From: Dipteris shenzhenensis
Taxonomy: Eukaryota
NCBI GenBank assembly: GCA_047967505.1
Contig: CM106538.1
DNA length: 64,000 nucleotides
Direction: 5' to 3' (one strand)
Made by a program: the position numbers and the translations under genes. Below, piece after piece: positions 13,001 to 27,200 of the stretch (within the stretch, counting starts at the first letter, position 1; the number at the start of each line of letters is the position of its first letter). The notes beneath the pieces are model-generated. The model was not told the DNA's origin. It worked only from the letters and a program-made list of their open reading frames with translations, and did no database searches.

Positions 13001-14088
13001 ATGCCATCCTTTAAATGCCTGCATTTCCTGTTGATTGCAAACATTAGGAAGAACTGGTTCTTCTTCATTTCCTATAATGAACTCCCAATAGCCTTTTCCT
13101 ATAAGGAAATTCGTCATTCTAAACTTCCATGCCTGAAAGTTATTCTTGTCAAGCTTTTCAGTGACAATCCGTGAAAGAGAATCAAACGCCATTACAAAAC
13201 ACTGCAAAATATTCTGTCACTGTGAAAAAACACAGGTTTTGCCTCACACGAGCAGATCTTCAAAACTGACGAAAGTGGTATTTGGCCACAGAGTCACTTC
13301 CTAGTGACGATTTTGCATCAACAGGCAACAAGCATGATTCTGCAACTCCCAATATCTTTGCACACAGGCATACGATGTGATTTCTATGGCAACTTTTCAT
13401 CGACCAGCTGAGCAGTGGTCGCACAGCAAAAATAGGACCTTTTTGTGAGTGCCTGTGAAGAACTTTCGCCTTCAAAACGAGCCCCGAAATGGCCTCGAAT
13501 CAGAAAAATAAAGTCACCGAGGGCTTTGCCCATGCCCGCAGCATATACTACGCTCTTGCCACACCGTAAAGGGTGTCTCAATCTGAGACAATGCACTCTT
13601 GCACTTCTAGCTGTGCTACCTGCAGAGATTTGCTCCCAAACTCGAAATAGGAAAGCAACACTAGTCCTCTTACCAGGACACCGCGAACATGGTTTGCTTT
13701 CTTGAGCTCCTTACCATGAATAAGGCTCTGATACCATGTGAAGATAGTGGGAGAGAGGGAAGGAGTCTCACTTGTGGCTTTCTCACATACACAATGGGGG
13801 AATACACACAGGTGGAGGCTGAAAACAGTTTTCCTCTTCTTAGTTGTGAAAGCCAAAAAAGAACTCTAGTACAAAGAAATAGAAGAACCCTATATGTGGG
13901 TCTCAAACCAAACTCAACTAACTAAGGTGGCATACTAATTGAGCCATGAACTAGAGTAGATAAGGATAGCTGTCATCTAGCTATTATTCGTGGGTGGTGT
14001 ACCAACCACATCTGCAGCTAACAAGTCGGTGACATAAATGCACAACAGTCACCCTGGCATATCGCGAGTGGAGCTTGATATCTCAACA
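10080..14088 (-). mobile_element. Ty1/copia element (family A), two LTRs, RT deleted, copy 1
   Basis: LTRs 10080-10433 and 13737-14088 (TG..CA). TSD CGGCT at 10075-10079 and 14089-14093. PBS TGGTATCAGAGC (tRNA-iMet type) at 13725-13736. PPT GAGGGGGAG next to 10434. Confidence 0.97.
10440..13192 (-). pseudogene. Copia gag-pol remnant (gag, PR, INT, RH C-terminus)
   Basis: gag KLDKNNFQAWKFRM; protease WYVDSGASNHMT; integrase LRSDGGGEY..PQQNGLAERKNR; RH IYCDNMSSIHLANNPVYHARTKHIE. Frameshifted, with no RT motifs. Confidence 0.95.
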
Positions 14089-14665
14089 CGGCTGAGAGTG
14101 AGTATGAGAGAATTATGAACGATTGGTCTGGCTGCATCAAAAGTTTGCTCATGGCAACAATTGGTATTGAGCATCAAACAGCAACCTACGATCAGCAAGT
14201 TGTGTCCAGCTATGGCGGAGGCTTCATCCATTATTTGCAACTGGGAATCGTGTATTTTCTCACCGATTGACAATGTGGCTTGCTCAGTCATTGCTGGCAC
14301 ACACAGATGCTTCAATAGATGTTTAAATCACCATGGCGAAGGAAAAATGAATTTGATCATAGAAATTGATGGGGCGAGCAGCTTGAATTGTGAGATCGTA
14401 TACAGGACTCTCATTGACTCGCAATTCAAGCATCATCCCAAAATAATCCTCCCCAAATCTCGGTTAATTCTTTGGGGAAAGCTCCAAACTTACATTGGAT
14501 ATTGTAGCAGAATTCATTTTTGTTTTGTCTCTGGCTTGTTGTGGGAAAGTCTCAAGCACTTGCCATTGTCTTCTTAGTCCTCCCTCCTAAAATTGGAGAT
14601 GATGGGGGTGTGAAATCATGATTGAATGCCCTTAATTAACAAGGAAACTGTGTCAGGTGTGTGTA

Positions 14666-14700
<35 letters not shown>

Positions 14701-15496
14701 ATCGAGAGTGATGTCCTGAACTATAAAATTCGTGATGTTTAGTTGACCTTATTGTGTGCTTATGGTTGGTTACAGATTGCACGAACAGAGGTGAGCACCT
14801 CATATACATACACTTCTGTTTATCCTTAATTAATCCAGGTACTTATAATTTTCATCTCTATGTTAGTATGCTTCTTCTATATTCTTCTTTATGTTTTGTT
14901 ACATGGACATGTAGCTAGAATGTTCTTTCCCATCATTAATTATTCTATTTGAGTCTTTTGGTTGATTCTCGTGTGCGTGTGTATGTGTTGCTTGTCATGA
15001 GAATGACCTGGATGTCTCTTCTCTAAAGGTGTTTTCCCAGTGCTTTTGGTTTTTTAGAATAGTCTTTTCTTGAGACTATTCTCATTTAAAAAACTTTTTT
15101 CTGATATAGATTTTGTAGTTTCATTTAAAAAAAAAGTGTGTATGTACACACACATACACCCACATATAATATTTTTATTGTTTAAGAGGATTTGTCCTTT
15201 CTATTGAAAATGATAAGTTTGGCCTTATAGATCAAAATTGAAGAGTTAAGTTGAGTTGGTTTAAGCCCTCGAAGGTCTTTCTAGTCAAATATTTATTGAA
15301 TGATATAACTCGTTTGTGGAGTGTTTTAGTTTTTAATTAGAAAGTCATTATTTAAATGAGAAGGTCTAATTTTATATTTTACTTTATGATTATGCATATT
15401 CATTATGTTTGAATAACTATTTAAACACTGTAAGAAATTTTATTTGAATTTTACTCCTTTGTTGTCTTAGCTCGTAACTTTGAAATCCATTACTTT

Positions 15497-16480
15497 GAGA
15501 ATCCAGTCTTAGTATCTAAGCGATCTAGCCTCAGGAGTACTCTGGTATCTTAACACGGTCTATAATTCCCTTGGAAGAATGCTTAGACAATCAAGTTACG
15601 TATGTAAGCAATTTAACCTCAGGAGCACTCCGATCTCTTGATATCGTTTGCAATTCCCCTAACAGAATGCTTAGAGAGTCAGGTCATGCAATGTATAGTA
15701 TGTAAGTAATCTAGCCTCAAGAGCACTTCAGTCTCTTGACATGGTCTGCAATTCCCCTGGCAGAATGATTAGAGAATCAAGTCGTGCAATGGTATAGTAT
15801 GTAAGAAATCTAGCCTCGGGAGCACTCCGGTCTCTTGACATGATCTGCAATTCCCTTGGCAGAATGCTTACAGAATCAAGTCGTGCAATGTATAATATGG
15901 AAGCAAGCACTTGGATCTCTTGACCCAGTCTGCAATTCCCTTGGCAAAATGTTTACAAAATCAAGTCGTGCAATGTATATTATGTAAGCAATCTAGCCTT
16001 GAGAGTACTATGGTGTCTTTACATGATCTGTAATTCCCTTGGCAGAATGCTTAGAGAATTAAGTCATGCAATGTATAGTATGTAAGCAATCTAGCCTCAA
16101 GAGCACTTTGGACTCTTGACACGGTCTGCGATTCCCCTGGCAGAATGCTTAGAGAATCAAAGTCATGCAATGCATAGTATGTAAGCAATCTAGCCTCGAG
16201 AGCACTCTGAGGTCTCTGGACACAATCTGCACTTCCCCTAGCAGAATGCTTACATAATCAAGTCATGCGATTTATATTATGTAAGCAATCTAGCCTCGGG
16301 AGCACTCCAATCTCTTGACATTGTTTGTAATTTCTCTCGCAGAATGCCCACAAGTCATGCAATGCTTAGTATCTAAGCAATCTAGCCTCAGGAGCACTCC
16401 GGTCTTTTGACATGGTCTGTAATTCCCCTAGCAGAATACTCAAAGAATCAAGTTGTGCAATGCATAGTAATGTAAGTATA
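15497..16480. repeat. ~98-bp tandem array, ~10 units (copy 1)
   Basis: The CTAGCCT anchor recurs at 15525, ~15613, 15711, 15810, 15993, 16091, 16190, 16290 and 16382. Confidence 0.93.
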
Positions 16481-19400
16481 TCTATTTCGATCACTTACTA
16501 TAAATTTCAAGCTCACTAATGTGTGTATATCTAATGTATATGTGCTCAATAGATTTTTAGTAATGATGATGGATTTGTATTGTGTGGTGTGTCCATGGGA
16601 GATTGATCAAACCGCCTCTATGCTATCCTTATTGGTGTGCATGTCTCTCATGATGATCGAACAAAAATTTAGACCTAGGGATTTGCCTTCATTCCTCTGA
16701 TCTTGCATGTCAGTCAATGATTGGAAACACATCTACATGCTCACAAGAATCAAATTGTATAGTTGAGAGAGAGAGAGAGAGGGAGAGAGGGAGAGAGAAA
16801 ATCTTACAAAAGCAAGTAATTTTGTTTTATGTGCAGAAGGTAACATGGAGTCTTTATGATGAGATGATAAATACTAACTTTTCCTAATAGGAAAAGTGGC
16901 ATATAGGCAACGTGATGCTAGTGCATGCATCATATTGAATATAAACACTTGCACTAAATTAACATAATGCTACTACATGCATCATATTTAATATAAAAAC
17001 TCCCATAAGATCAACATAAGGTTAAAGTTTTGGCCATCTTCTAATAAGTTTGTTCTATTTTATTCATGGTTCAATTCAAGTTGCTTCATGCAAAACTCTA
17101 GTAGCTAGTGACAGTTTGGGAGCATGCAAGGGAAACAAAATTGGATAAGGTGAAGTAAATACATGAGATTTTGGGAATTGAAAAGATCAAAAGTTGAAAA
17201 TATGTTCTATTAGGTACTAGTATGGGTGTAAAGCATGCATCTCCGTGACATACAAATTAAAGTGTTTTATTTAATTATTCAATACAATTTCTCATAAGTA
17301 GCATCTGTTTCAACTTACACTAAAATGTACAAGAGGAGGTCAAAAAATATAAGCTTCTCAAATTTCATATTTATTGAAGGGATATAATTATTGATCCAAA
17401 AATTCATAGTAGGGGTATATAAAATAGATAAAAAGTGATTACAGAGGGGTTTTCTAAATACCTTTTGAACACACGTTGTATAGCTAGCTTATGTAAGGTG
17501 GACCCTTCAAGCCTCGTACCCACTCTTATTTCCCCCTCTATGTTCTCAGTGAGATTGATCACACCCTCAAATACATAGCCATGCTCCTCATATCCTTGCC
17601 TCATTCTCAGGTACTTGCTCACTACTTCTGTGTGCCAGCAACTCCACTTTCTTGTGACCTTCATACTTTCACCACTTCATTACTGCAAGCTTTCTTCTTA
17701 CCGTTCAATAGATATGCCTCCTGCTAGCTCTCTTTTAGAAGATCTGCATTCTAAAATTGATTTTGTGACTTGCACTTTGGATTCCGACTAGTGTTATACA
17801 CCCATGCTTTCCTCAACTTTCTTACGAATCAAGAAATATTTCGATGATTCCTATCCAACCAAGGGTTAGCCATGCATGCAACACATGGCACCTCAATATT
17901 CTTGACATGTGGCACTCTCATAAGCACACCTGCCACATCATCGTGCTATATGCCACATTAGCCTTAACCACTTATCTGCCACATCAGCCTTATCCACTTT
18001 TCTACCCCATTAGTAGTCCGCATAAGCATGCCACACCACTTGCCACGTTGGTTGACACATCATCAATGACACATCAACACTAATGGCCCTAGTGCCATGT
18101 CACTAGCCTAGTCAATAGGACACATCATTAGTTGATTGCACCTTTTCCACATCATCATCCATGTGGACACTACCACATCATCATTGGCAGCCATGACAAT
18201 AGTTCCCAATCACTTGCCACATGAGCACCAATGCCATGTCATTCTGCCACAAAGTAGGGGCACATCATCATACCATGTCAGTTGCCCAGTCAACAGCATA
18301 GTTAGTCAAATAGTTTCATGTCATTAGTTCCAGCGAGGAACACTTGCCTCCACACAGGCACATTTTTTGTATTCTTCATGTGACACAAAGTGCCATGCCA
18401 TCATAGAACAAATCATTATTTTTCCCTCTCTCTTAGGATCAAAGTTTGGCCATCCTTTTGGGAGCCATAAATTTTGATCCAAATGGAATTTCATAGTGCT
18501 CTAAAATGCAAATGAGCACCTCAGTTTGGTAGTTTGAGGTGCTCTACACAATGAGCACCTCAGTTTGGTAGTCTGACTTTATCCAATACTCTTAATAAAA
18601 AATGAGCACACTATCCATTGCAGCGTGCCCATCAGCATAGAAAAATGAACGAGATAAAATTCATTTGCTACATTTTTTTCTCTGACTCCTTGTGTGGTGG
18701 TCAGATTCGTGTCAATTAGAATGCATTATAGATAAGCATGCACTTGAAAATTTGTTAACAAACCTTATATAGTGAAAATTTGTATTCTTTTAATAAGTCA
18801 ATTCCTTCATCCAATTATACCCTATCTAGGTGTTCTCTTAAATTAGTATTTTCAAAAGTTTTCTTATTCTAACTATTGTCAAACAACATGCAAATTTGAA
18901 ATGAGAGTGACCCCGATAGAGGAGGGCACAAATGACACACACATGACTTAGTGAGGTGGACAAAGTGGTGCTAAGGTGGTAAGGAATACCTCGATCAGGT
19001 ATCCACATGGGGTTGCCACAATGTAAACAAACCAACCAACAAAAAAGAAATATTTTGAAAAAATTTTGATTTTTTGGAAGACTCCTCTTGCTTAGATTGT
19101 CCCTCCTCGTTCCACCTTGAGCTTGTGCCATCTCCCCTCTCTTTCTCTCTCATTTAGCCTCCCTTGTTGCGATCCTCTTCTCGCCCTTCTCCGCTCTCAC
19201 TTGCTCTACTCCTTCGCCCATGGCTTCCTCTGTTGTTGCCCCTGCTGCTGCTGCCAACTCCCTCCACTCCTCCCAGGTTCCTCCTTCCCCCCCCCTCTCT
19301 CTCTCTCTCTCTCGGTTTTTTCTCTTTCTCTCAATGAAATGGCTTGTAGTGGAGCAGCGGCACCCAATATGCTAAGAATTAAAATGCGCTCAAGTGTGAG

Positions 19401-20495
19401 ATTTTTAGCATCCCACTCTTGCCTTGTAGCGTTACATGAATAGAGCAGCGGCACCCAATCTGTGAGAATTTAAATGCACACAATAGAGAGATTTTCATCA
19501 TCCTGATCTGGTGTTTGTAGTGTTGCATGCGTAGAGGAGGGGCACCCAAAATAAGTAGAGGATGCGAGAATTAGAATGTGTGAGCGAGAGAGAGGGAAGA
19601 GAGAGAGAGTCCTTCCCCACCTCCCTCCCTTCCATGTCCTTTTTGCTCATTTTAGTTTGGGGAGTAGAACTAGGACACTGGTGAGTCGTGACTACATGCT
19701 TTGTGTTTCTTCCAAGTTCCGTTGCTTTGTACAGTGGCTCGTTGAGGAAACTCTGTTTGTTGGGAATTCTTCATGTTGTCTCTCGACGAGCTTCTGCTGC
19801 TTCTCCCACCTCAGTGCTCACTCTTATGCCTTTGAAGCTTCCTGGTCTCACACTTCCACATCAGTAGCCCTCTCGAGTCTCATCATCCCACAAACTAGGC
19901 CTAGCTCCCTCATTGCTTGTGCGTTGAACATCAAAATAGAAAAGTTCAAGCGTTCATATATTATTGAGTTTGGATAGAAGTCGCTTTCATGAGTGGGTCT
20001 CCTCAGTCTTAGCATGATGTTTGCCATTGTTTCATTCATCCACCATCATTCCACTGTGAGTTTTGCCTGGTCATCATGACTCGTCATTCATGAATGAGGG
20101 TTGTTGCTGTGGAGTCCCTCCCCCAGCTTGGGCTCAAGAAATCCGTTGATGAAGATTGCAAGCATGCATTGGCGGAATGGCAAGTAAATCAATCTGATCG
20201 TTATTCAAGGCAAGCACATAGGTGATCGACAATCCAGCGAGACTTGCATCGTAAAATCTCGTAATTCAATGCAAGATGTGAAAACTTAAAAGATGTTCGA
20301 TTACTTTTCAAAGTGACAGTGAGAAGAAAGAGGAGACTATTGAGCCAGAGAGATTTTCTTCATAGGGAGTAGGGACCCAACAAAAGCTTGTGACTCCCTT
20401 CATGATGCCTCCCCTAATCCATGATCAGGAATCGAACTTCAACTTTGAAGTCTTGTCTCGTCTTTTGCCTGAAGCTATGATTTTTTATCCTGCAA

Positions 20496-23400
20496 AATGA
20501 CATATTGTACTTACTTGAGAAATAGCATGGTAAAGCAATATCTACGAGGGTCGTAACTCTTGTGGTCCTCCCTTTACGTGCTTTTTTGTGGCAACTAAAG
20601 GAAAACTTAGGCAAGGAGGCATTGGGTATTAGCAAAGGAAAATCTTGGGTCTATCTAGCCGAAAACAAGTTTGGCCTACATCAAAGACCATAAACAGCTG
20701 AGAGTGAGTATGAGAGAATTATGAACAATAAGTCTGGCCTACGTCAAAGACCATAAACGGCTTGTGAAGATAGTGGGAGAGAGGAAAGGAGTCTCACTTG
20801 CGGCTTTCTCACATACACAATGGGGGAATACACACACAGGTGGAGGCTGAAAATAGTTTTCCTCTTCTTAGTTGTGAAAGCCAAAAAAGAACTCTAGTAT
20901 AAAGAAATAGAAGAACCCTATATGTGGGTCTCAAACCAAACTCAACTAACTAAGGTGGCATACTAACTGAGCCACGAACTAGAGTAGATAAGGATAGCTG
21001 TCATCCAGCTATTATTCGTGGGTGGTGTACCAACCGCATCTACAGCTAACAAGTCGGTGACATAAATGCACAACGATCACCCTGGCATATCGCGAGTGGA
21101 GCTCGATATCTCAACACTCCCCCTCGAGCTCAATCCCAATCCTTGCACACCATGGAGGTCTCTGAACTTGCGTAGCTTCTCTGTGCCCAATGCCTTCATG
21201 AATATGTCAGCTACTTGATCCTCTGTGCTGACATAAACTAGATCAATAAGACCTAGTAAAGCCTTCTCCTGCACATAGTGATAATGCACCTCAATGTGCT
21301 TTGTTCTAGCATGATAGACTGGGTTATTTGCCAAGTGTATACTACTCATGTTGTCACAATAAATGACAACTGGCCCATCTGTAGACTTGCTAGAGGACAC
21401 TGTAGGTCCACTGATATTTTGTGACTGTTGCATTGAGTTCTGTGCAACATTACCATTTTGTGCATCTACATCAATCATCACATTTACTGGTTTATACCAG
21501 CTGCTCATCTCATAAAAAACAACATCTCTGCTCAATGTAAACTTACGAGTAGAAGGGCTATAGCATCTATACCCTTTCTGTTGAGAGAATAACCAATAAA
21601 GATGCACTTCTCAGCTTTTAGATCCAACTTGGACCCCAACTCATCTGGCACATGAACATAGGCAATGCAACAAAAAATTTTCAAATGAGAAATGTCTGGT
21701 TTCCTACTAGTATACATCTCCTCTGGTGTCATGCCATGTATTGCTGCAGTGGGAGTCCTGTTCATTATGTAAACTGTTGTAGCCATTGCTTCAGCCCAAT
21801 AATAATTTGGTAGATCTTTCTCATTTAGCATGGCCCGAGATACCTCTCCAATATGCCTGTTTTTCCTTTCTGCAAGTCCATTTTGCTGTGGGGTATGACT
21901 GCATGAATATTGCTGCTTTATGCCATGCTCCTGCAAGAACCTTGCAAACTCATTTGAGAGATACTCTCCCCCTCCATCTGACCTTAGGCATTTTATTTGC
22001 ATGCCTGTTTCTTTTTCAACCATAGCTTTAAAAGCTTTGAAGTGCCCAAACACTTCACTTTTATTTTTCATAAAATACACCCAAACTTTTCTGCTGAAGT
22101 CATCAATAAAAGTGACAAAATAGTGGCAGCCTCCAATAGATGCAGCTTTAGTAGTCCACACATCAAAGTGGATTAATTTCAATGGCTTTTTACTCTCTTG
22201 AACATGCCTAGGAAATGGTTTCCTTGCCTGTTTTCCAAACTAACAGGCTTCACAAACCTTATGCATTTCTACAACCTTGAATTTTTGCAATCCTGCAACA
22301 ATATTTTGGGCTTGCATTGATTTAAGTCGCTATATATTAACATGACCAATGCGTTTATGCCAGATGTCAATATCTGCAACTACACCGGTCCCATGTGCAA
22401 ACATTGTTGCACTCAATTCAGGCATGCCCGCATCCAACGTAAACATCCTACCTTTCTTCTTTCCTTTTGCTATCAAAAGCGACCGTTATCTTTCATATCG
22501 TCAACAAAGCATCAATGAGGATTAAATCTGACCTGCAAGCCCTGTTCAACCATTTGACCAATAGAAACCAGGTTCTTAGTGATGTTCGGGACATGAAATA
22601 CATCAGACAGGTATTTCTTTTTCCCATCCTACATAGACAAAGGAATTTTACCAATCTGCACAATAGGATGTGCAGTATCATCACCAGTCTCCACAAATCC
22701 TGGTTTTTCCATTTTCCTTGCATCTTGCATCCATTCTGCATGACCTGTCATGTGGTTTGATGCACCTGAGTCAACATACCACACATCATTTCGTTCTTCT
22801 GCACTTGTCACAGAATTGGTCATATGCTGCACCATAAATAGATGCTCATTTCTATCATTACCCTATCTACTAGAAGATGCATAATTGCCTTGCTGCAATT
22901 TTCCATTCATGATGTCATTCTACTTTTTGTAGCAGTCCTTAGGCATATGACCCATTTTACCACAGTAGTAGCATTCAACATTGTTGCTTGCATTTTGGCC
23001 TCTCTGCCATCCACCACGGCCTCTTTGGCTCCCCCTGCCTCTAAAGTTACCATGTCCTCCTCCATAGGATTGGTTTTCTTGAGTTTGCTACATATTCTGA
23101 TTTCTACCACGGCCTGTAGATCGGCCTCCTCTACCTCTGCCTCTACCTCTTCCAGCATTTGAGTAGAAGACAGTTTCTTTTGAAGTTCCTCCTGAAGAAG
23201 ATGCACCCCCATTTCTCTGCTCTTCAGAAATTAGAAGAGCAAACAACTCTTCAAAGTCAGGAAATTTTTCACGGACGGCAAGGATGTCCAGAACTGTGTG
23301 CATAATCCTTTCCTAGACCATTCAAGGTCATAGAAACTAGATCATCATCTTCCACTGGCAACCCAATGGAAGCAAGTGCATAATCCTTTCCTAGACCATT

Positions 23401-24955
23401 CAAGGTCATAGAAACTAGATCATCATCTTCCACTGGCAACCCAATGGAAGCAAGTGCATCTGCAATTTTCTTCACCTTCATGTGGTAGTCATTGATGCTC
23501 AAATTTTCTCTCTGCACATTATGCAACTCCTGTTTGAGCTGCATTTTCTTGGCTTGCGTATTTGTGCTGTACATTTTTGCCAAAGTATCCCATGCCTCCT
23601 TTGGCGTACTTGCATCCTGAATATGCACAATCATAGAATCCGAAATATTGATAGACAGCCAGTACATAACTTTTCTGGCTCTCTCATGCCATCCTTTAAA
23701 TGCCTGCATTTCCTGTTGATTGCAAACATTAGGAAGAACTGGTTCTTCTTCATTTCCTATAATGAACTCCCAATAGCCTTTTCCTATAAGGAAATTCGTC
23801 ATTCTAAACTTCCATGCCTGAAAGTTATTCTTGTCAAGCTTTTCAGTGACAATCCGTGAAAGAGAATCAGACGCCATTACAAAACACTGCAAAATATTCT
23901 GTCACTGTGAAAAAACACAGGTTTTGCCTCACACGAGCAGATCTTCAAAACTGACGAAAGTGGTATTTGGCCACAAAGTCACTTCCTAGTGACGATTTTG
24001 CATCAACAGGCAACAAGCATGATTCTGCAACTCCCAATATCTTTGCACACAGGCATACGATGTGATTTCTATGGCAACTTTTCATCGACCAGCCGAGCAG
24101 TGGTCGCACAGCAAAAATAGGACCTTTTTGTGAGTGCCTGTGAAGAACTTTCGCCTTCAAAACGAGCCCCGAAATGGCCTCGAATCAGAAAAATAAAGTC
24201 ACCGAGGGCTTTGCCCATGCCCGCAGCATATACTACGCTCTTGCCACACCGTAAAGGGTGTCTCAATCTGAGACAATGCACTCTTGCACTTCTAGCTGTG
24301 CTACCTGCAGAGATTTGCTCCCAAACTCGAAATAGGAAAGCAACACTAGTCCTCTTACCAGGACACCGCGAACATGGTTTGCTTTCTTGAGCTCCTTACC
24401 ATGAATAAGGCTCTGATACCATGTGAAGATAGTGGGAGAGAGGGAAGGAGTCTCACTTGTGGCTTTCTCACATACACAATGGGGGAATACACACAGGTGG
24501 AGGCTGAAAACAGTTTTCCTCTTCTTAGTTGTGAAAGCCAAAAAAGAACTCTAGTACAAAGAAATAGAAGAACCCTATATGTGGGTCTCAAACCAAACTC
24601 AACTAACTAAGGTGGCATACTAATTGAGCCATGAACTAGAGTAGATAAGGATAGCTGTCATCTAGCTATTATTCGTGGGTGGTGTACCAACCACATCTGC
24701 AGCTAACAAGTCGGTGACATAAATGCACAACAGTCACCCTGGCATATCGCGAGTGGAGCTTGATATCTCAACACGGCTGAGAGTGAGTATGAGAGAATTA
24801 TGAACGATTGGTCTGGCTGCATCAAAAGTTTGCTCATGGCAACAATTGGTATTGAGCATCAAACAGCAACCTACGATCAGCAAGTTGTGTCCAGCTATGG
24901 CGGAGGCTTCATCCATTATTTGCAACTGGGAATCGTGTATTTTCTCACCGATTGA
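20496..24955 (+). pseudogene. Degenerate RecQ-like helicase remnant (copy 2)
   Basis: Duplicate of 9813-14270. Confidence 0.45.
20763..24773 (-). mobile_element. Ty1/copia element (family A), copy 2
   Basis: LTRs 20763-21116 and 24422-24773. Same CGGCT TSD, PBS and RT deletion as copy 1. Confidence 0.97.
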
Positions 24956-25384
24956 CAATGTGGCTTGCTCAGTCATTGCTGGCACACACAGATGCTTCAA
25001 TAGATGTTTAAATCACCATGGCGAAGGAAAAATTTGAAGGCTGGATCATGTAGCTAGATTAAAAACGAATTTGATCATAGAAATTGATGGGGCGAGCAGC
25101 TTGAATTGTGAGATCGTATACAGGACTCTCATTGACTCGCAATTCAAGCATCATCCCAAAATAATCCTCCCCAAATCTCGGTTAATTCTTTGGGGAAAGC
25201 TCCAAACTTACATTGGATATTGTAGCAGAATTCATTTTTGTTTTGTCTCTGGCTTGTTGTGGGAAAGTCTCAAGCACTTGCCATTGTCTTCTTAGTCCTC
25301 CCTCCTAAAATTGGAGATGATGGGGGTGTGAAATCATGATTGAATGCCCTTAATTAACAAGGAAACTGTGTCAGGTGTGTGTAT

Positions 25385-25420
<36 letters not shown>

Positions 25421-26216
25421 ATCGAGAGTGATGTCCTGAACTATAAAATTCATGATGTTTAGTTGACCTTATTGTGTGCTTATGGTTGGTTACAGATTGC
25501 ATGAACAGAGGTGAGCACCTCATATACATACACTTCTGTTTATCCTTAATTAATCCAGGTACTTATAATTTTCATCTCTATGTTAGTATGCTTCTTCTAT
25601 ATTCTTCTTTATGTTTTGTTACATGGACATGTAGCTAGAATGTTCTTTCCCATCATTAATTATTCTATTTGAGTCTTTTGGTTGATTCTCGTGTGCGTGT
25701 GTATGTGTTGCTTGTCATGAGAATGACCTGGATGTCTCTTCTCTAAAGGTGTTTTCCCAGTGCTTTTGGTTTTTTAGAATAGTCTTTTCTTGAGACTATT
25801 CTCATTTAAAAAACTTTTTTCTGATATAGATTTTGTAGTTTCATTTAAAAAAAAAGTGTGTATGTACACACACATACACCCACATATAATATTTTTATTG
25901 TTTAAGAGGATTTGTCCTTTCTATTGAAAATGATAAGTTTGGCCTTATAGATCAAAATTGAAGAGTTAAGTTGAGTTGGTTTAAGCCCTCGAAGGTCTTT
26001 CTAGTCAAATATTTATTGAATGATATAACTCGTTTGTGGAGTGTTTTAGTTTTTAATTAGAAAGTCATTATTTAAATGAGAAGGTCTAATTTTATATTTT
26101 ACTTTATGATTATGCATATTCGTTATGTTTGAATAACTATTTAAACACTGTAAGAAATTTTATTTGAATTTTACTCCTTTGTTGTCTTAGCTCGTAACTT
26201 TGAAATCCATTACTTT

Positions 26217-27200
26217 GAGAATCCAGTCTTAGTATCTAAGCGATCTAGCCTCAGGAGTACTCTGGTATCTTAACACGGTCTATAATTCCCTTGGAAGAAT
26301 GCTTAGACAATCAAGTTACGTATGTAAGCAATTTAACCTCAGGAGCACTCCGATCTCTTGATATCGTTTGCAATTCCCCTAACAGAATGCTTAGAGAGTC
26401 AGGTCATGCAATGTATAGTATGTAAGTAATCTAGCCTCAAGAGCACTTCAGTCTCTTGACATGGTCTGCAATTCCCCTGGCAGAATGATTAGAGAATCAA
26501 GTCGTGCAATGGTATAGTATGTAAGAAATCTAGCCTCGGGAGCACTCTGGTCTCTTGACATGATCTGCAATTCCCTTGGCAGAATGCTTACAGAATCAAG
26601 TCGTGCAATGTATAATATGGAAGCAAGCACTTGGATCTCTTGACCCAGTCTGCAATTCCCTTGGCAAAATGTTTACAAAATCAAGTCGTGCAATGTATAT
26701 TATGTAAGCAATCTAGCCTTGAGAGTACTATGGTGTCTTTACATGATCTGTAATTCCCTTGGCAGAATGCTTAGAGAATTAAGTCATGCAATGTATAGTA
26801 TGTAAGCAATCTAGCCTCAAGAGCACTTTGGACTCTTGACACGGTCTGCGATTCCCCTGGCAGAATGCTTAGAGAATCAAAGTCATGCAATGCATAGTAT
26901 GTAAGCAATCTAGCCTCGAGAGCACTCTGAGGTCTCTGGACACAATCTGCACTTCCCCTAGCAGAATGCTTACATAATCAAGTCATGCGATTTATATTAT
27001 GTAAGCAATCTAGCCTCGGGAGCACTCCAATCTCTTGACATTGTTTGTAATTTCTCTCGCAGAATGCCCACAAGTCATGCAATGCTTAGTATCTAAGCAA
27101 TCTAGCCTCAGGAGCACTCCGGTCTTTTGACATGGTCTGTAATTCCCCTAGCAGAATACTCAAAGAATCAAGTTGTGCAATGCATAGTAATGTAAGTATA
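26217..27200. repeat. ~98-bp tandem array (copy 2)
   Basis: Duplicate of 15497-16480. Confidence 0.93.

Larger units (their letters stand above)
9813..14270 (+). pseudogene. Degenerate RecQ-like SF2 helicase remnant, interrupted by copia (copy 1)
   Basis: After removing the copia and one TSD copy, one frame reads NDILYLLEK*HGKAI..VVTLVVLPLRAFLWQ..GLHQRP*TAESEYERIMNDWSGCIKSLLMATIGI, resembling RecQ motifs I, Ia, IVa and V. It has stops and a large internal loss. Confidence 0.45.
7997..18686. repeat. Tandem segmental duplication, copy 1 (~10.7 kb)
   Basis: Colinear and nearly identical to 18684-29406. The ORF track repeats at an offset of 10683-10720. Confidence 0.97.
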
